Assembly: GCA_036339735.1 (NCBI GenBank) | Contig: JAYZAL010000060.1 | Location: 1-18,661 of the forward strand | Direction: 5' to 3' | From: Candidatus Poribacteria bacterium | GTDB lineage: Bacteria > Poribacteria > WGA-4E > UBA9662 | DNA: 18,661 nucleotides | Shown here: positions 16,756 through 18,661 of the stretch, in pieces | Layout: each line of letters opens with the position of its first letter | Numbering within the stretch: position 1 is the stretch's first letter | Program-made: the position numbers and the translations under genes | Notes under the pieces: generated by a model | What the model was told of the DNA's origin: nothing | What the model saw: only the letters and a program-made list of their open reading frames with translations | Databases searched by the model: none

Positions 16756-17214
16756 CTACTGACAAGCAGAACAGAGTCCAGAAACTTCGATTGTGTGGTC
16801 TTGGATTTTGAAGCCCATCTCTTTTGCAGTAATCTCAATGCTATTATTGACTGATTGATTGTTAAGTTCAGTAGCAATACCACAAGCTGTACAGAGAAAA
16901 AACTGGCTGATATGCGGCCGACCAGGCTCAGTGCATCCGACGTAAGCATTCATGGAGGAGATCCGGTGGACCACTCCTAATTCCAGTAAGAAATCGAGGG
17001 CACGGTAGACAGTAGGCGGTGCACCTGACCTGCCTTGCTTTTGTAAGCTTTTTAGTATGTCGTAGGCACCAATTGGCTTATGGCTAGACCAAACTAATTG
17101 CAAAACTTGCTTGCGCAAATCAGTTAGTCTGGAACCACGTTCTTGGCAGAGGCGAGTCGCAGACTGGATGGCTTCATCAACGCAAAGTTGATGGTCATGA
17201 GGGTGGGTTGTCAT
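16756..17214 (-). CDS. zur: Fur family transcriptional regulator, Zur type
   Basis: 152 aa; RLT.LR..VL.LVW.SHKP.GAYDIL, APPTVYRALDFL, VHRI.S.NAYVGC, two CxxC pairs (CTAC, CSAC). Confidence 0.9.
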   Translation of the reverse strand: MTTHPHDHQLCVDEAIQSATRLCQERGSRLTDLRKQVLQLVWSSHKPIGAYDILKSLQKQGRSGAPPTVYRALDFLLELGVVHRISSMNAYVGCTEPGRPHISQFFLCTACGIATELNNQSVNNSIEITAKEMGFKIQDHTIEVSGLCSACQ

Positions 17215-17222
17215 ACCAGCAT

Positions 17223-17251
17223 ATTATCGAGTAATAAATTAAAAATGTCAA
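17223..17251 (-). promoter_or_regulatory. Sigma70-type promoter of zur
   Basis: Minus strand TTGACA (17251-17246), 17-nt spacer, GATAAT (17228-17223); 8 nt to the ATG. Confidence 0.65.
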
Positions 17252-17268
17252 TGTACAAATGGTAAGAC

Positions 17269-18576
17269 CTACCAACAGACCATCGAATCTTCAAATAGAT
17301 GAGTCAATACTTTTGAATCCACTGGGATCGGAGAAAGTTTTGTTACACGATGTTGTGGTAGTGTTGCATTCACTAACTTTGGAATGTCAACTGGTTGATA
17401 ACCAACAGCGCTCAATCCATTGGGAATACCTGTGGCTTTCATCAGGTCAATAATAGCTTGCGCTAAGATTTGGCCTGCTTGATCAATCGAAACTTCTTGT
17501 ACATCAACTCCCATCAAGCTCGCGGCCAATAAATGAAGGTCTGGGTTCGCTGAAGCCGTAAATCGAAATACTGCTGGAGCATTCAAGATCACGGACATGC
17601 CATGTGGAATGATGGGTTCAGTGTTATTCTTAGGACGTGGAAATCCCTTTGGAACAAACTTGCTAACCATCCCAGCCACTGGATAAGACATACCATGTGG
17701 TAAATGAACACCAGCGTTACCGAAGCCAATACCAGCATACGTTGAGGCTAACAACATCTGACCACGAGCAAAAACGTCGGTTGGATCTGAAACAGCCGAA
17801 ACTAAGTTCTCAGCAACCATCCGTATTGCCTCGGAGGCCCATATATGGCTGATTGGATTAGCCCCTTGATAGGCTGGACGATAGAGGGGACTTGGTGGTG
17901 CTGGTCGGTCGGTGTAAGGTAAGGCTGTCAACGATTCCAATGCATGGCTTAAAACATCCAGCCCAGAGCAAGCAGCTACAATTGGTGGAACAGTACGTGT
18001 GTTTTCTGGATCGATAATGCCCAACGTTGGCCGTAATGCGCGATCGGCAATACCGGTTTTAGCCTTCATTTCTAATAAATCAAAGATGGCAACACCAGTC
18101 GTTTCGCTACCGGTTCCAGCTGTAGTTGGAACTGCTATTAACGGCTTGACGGGACCAGGAACGGGTTTACCTTGTCCAATTGGTTGATTGACGTAAGTAA
18201 GTAAATCAGATGGATAGGTTGAATATAGATTGGCCGCTTTTGCTGTGTCCATACTCGAGCCACCACCGACAGCTACAAACCCATCAAATCCTCCATCTCG
18301 TGCGAAATCGATAGCAGATTGAAAAGAAAGGTTAGTCGGTTCAACTCGAACTTGATCAAAGAGAACAGGATCAACTCCTATTTGTTTGAGTGATTCCAAT
18401 ACTCGCGAAACTGGTTCACTATCCGACAGATTGGGGTCAGTAAGCACCATTACACGATGGCAATTAAGTGCTTTTATATCTTCCCCAATCTCGTTGGTGG
18501 CACCTATTCCGAATTTGATACGAGAAGTATCCATAATGAAGGCAGTTTCAGCTCTGCTTATTATTTCTTTGCCCAT
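17269..18576 (-). CDS. Hydroxyacid-oxoacid transhydrogenase (iron-containing ADH family, ADHFE1-like)
   Basis: 435 aa; VGGGSSMDTAKAANL, PIGQGKP.PGP.KPLIAVPTTAGTGSETTG, AKTGIA, GLDVL.HALES, RPAYQGANPIS, GNAGVHL.HGMSYP, PHGMSV. Confidence 0.9.
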   Translation of the reverse strand: MGKEIISRAETAFIMDTSRIKFGIGATNEIGEDIKALNCHRVMVLTDPNLSDSEPVSRVLESLKQIGVDPVLFDQVRVEPTNLSFQSAIDFARDGGFDGFVAVGGGSSMDTAKAANLYSTYPSDLLTYVNQPIGQGKPVPGPVKPLIAVPTTAGTGSETTGVAIFDLLEMKAKTGIADRALRPTLGIIDPENTRTVPPIVAACSGLDVLSHALESLTALPYTDRPAPPSPLYRPAYQGANPISHIWASEAIRMVAENLVSAVSDPTDVFARGQMLLASTYAGIGFGNAGVHLPHGMSYPVAGMVSKFVPKGFPRPKNNTEPIIPHGMSVILNAPAVFRFTASANPDLHLLAASLMGVDVQEVSIDQAGQILAQAIIDLMKATGIPNGLSAVGYQPVDIPKLVNATLPQHRVTKLSPIPVDSKVLTHLFEDSMVCW

Positions 18577-18661
18577 TTAGTTTGCTTTGCCTTACTCATT
18601 TTTAATTTTTTCTTTTTATGTTAAGATTAGACAGGTAAGCCTGTTACTTGCCCACTGGGTA

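Noticed and set aside
2449..18580. Short ORFs nested in or antisense to real genes (2449, 2845, 4146, 4538, 5282, 6894, 6967, 7541, 8268, 8779, 14900, 16689, 17259, 17999, 18386)
   Set aside because: They overlap well-supported CDSs and show no motifs; treated as shadow ORFs.
1..18661. CRISPR array, tRNA/rRNA, transposase or integrase
   Set aside because: No regularly spaced repeats, RNA gene signatures or mobile-element ORFs found by eye.

Overview
Bacterial, fairly AT-rich window using genetic code 11 (TGA ends intact genes). The left half (1-9631, all minus strand) is a co-oriented sugar-acid catabolic cluster: a NanA-like lyase, an FGE-sulfatase/BNR beta-propeller fusion, an atypical DHDPS-family enzyme with L-KDA-dehydratase-like signatures, a second BNR protein, a 630-aa polytopic membrane protein (DUF6785/DUF6784-like) and two Gfo/Idh/MocA oxidoreductases, one cut by the window edge. 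A 1.4-kb ORF-free gap with probable gene remnants follows. The right half holds an orphan beta-class adenine DNA methyltransferase resembling M.Hpy99II/M.Tsp45I, a PI-PLC, a membrane-anchored alpha/beta hydrolase, a PhyH dioxygenase, a TrmJ-type methyltransferase, a decayed 0.8-kb region, zur and a hydroxyacid-oxoacid transhydrogenase. The clearest non-annotated signals are a 72-nt diverged in-frame copy of part of zur starting 2 nt after its stop, a near-consensus promoter that would make zur nearly leaderless, an Abi-like remnant next to the MTase, and a TA-flanked inverted-repeat element at 1745-1967. The gene-family mix suggests a Poribacteria-like marine bacterium (inference only). No rRNA, tRNA, CRISPR array, transposase or reverse transcriptase was seen. 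All family calls come from motif recognition by eye, not database searches.
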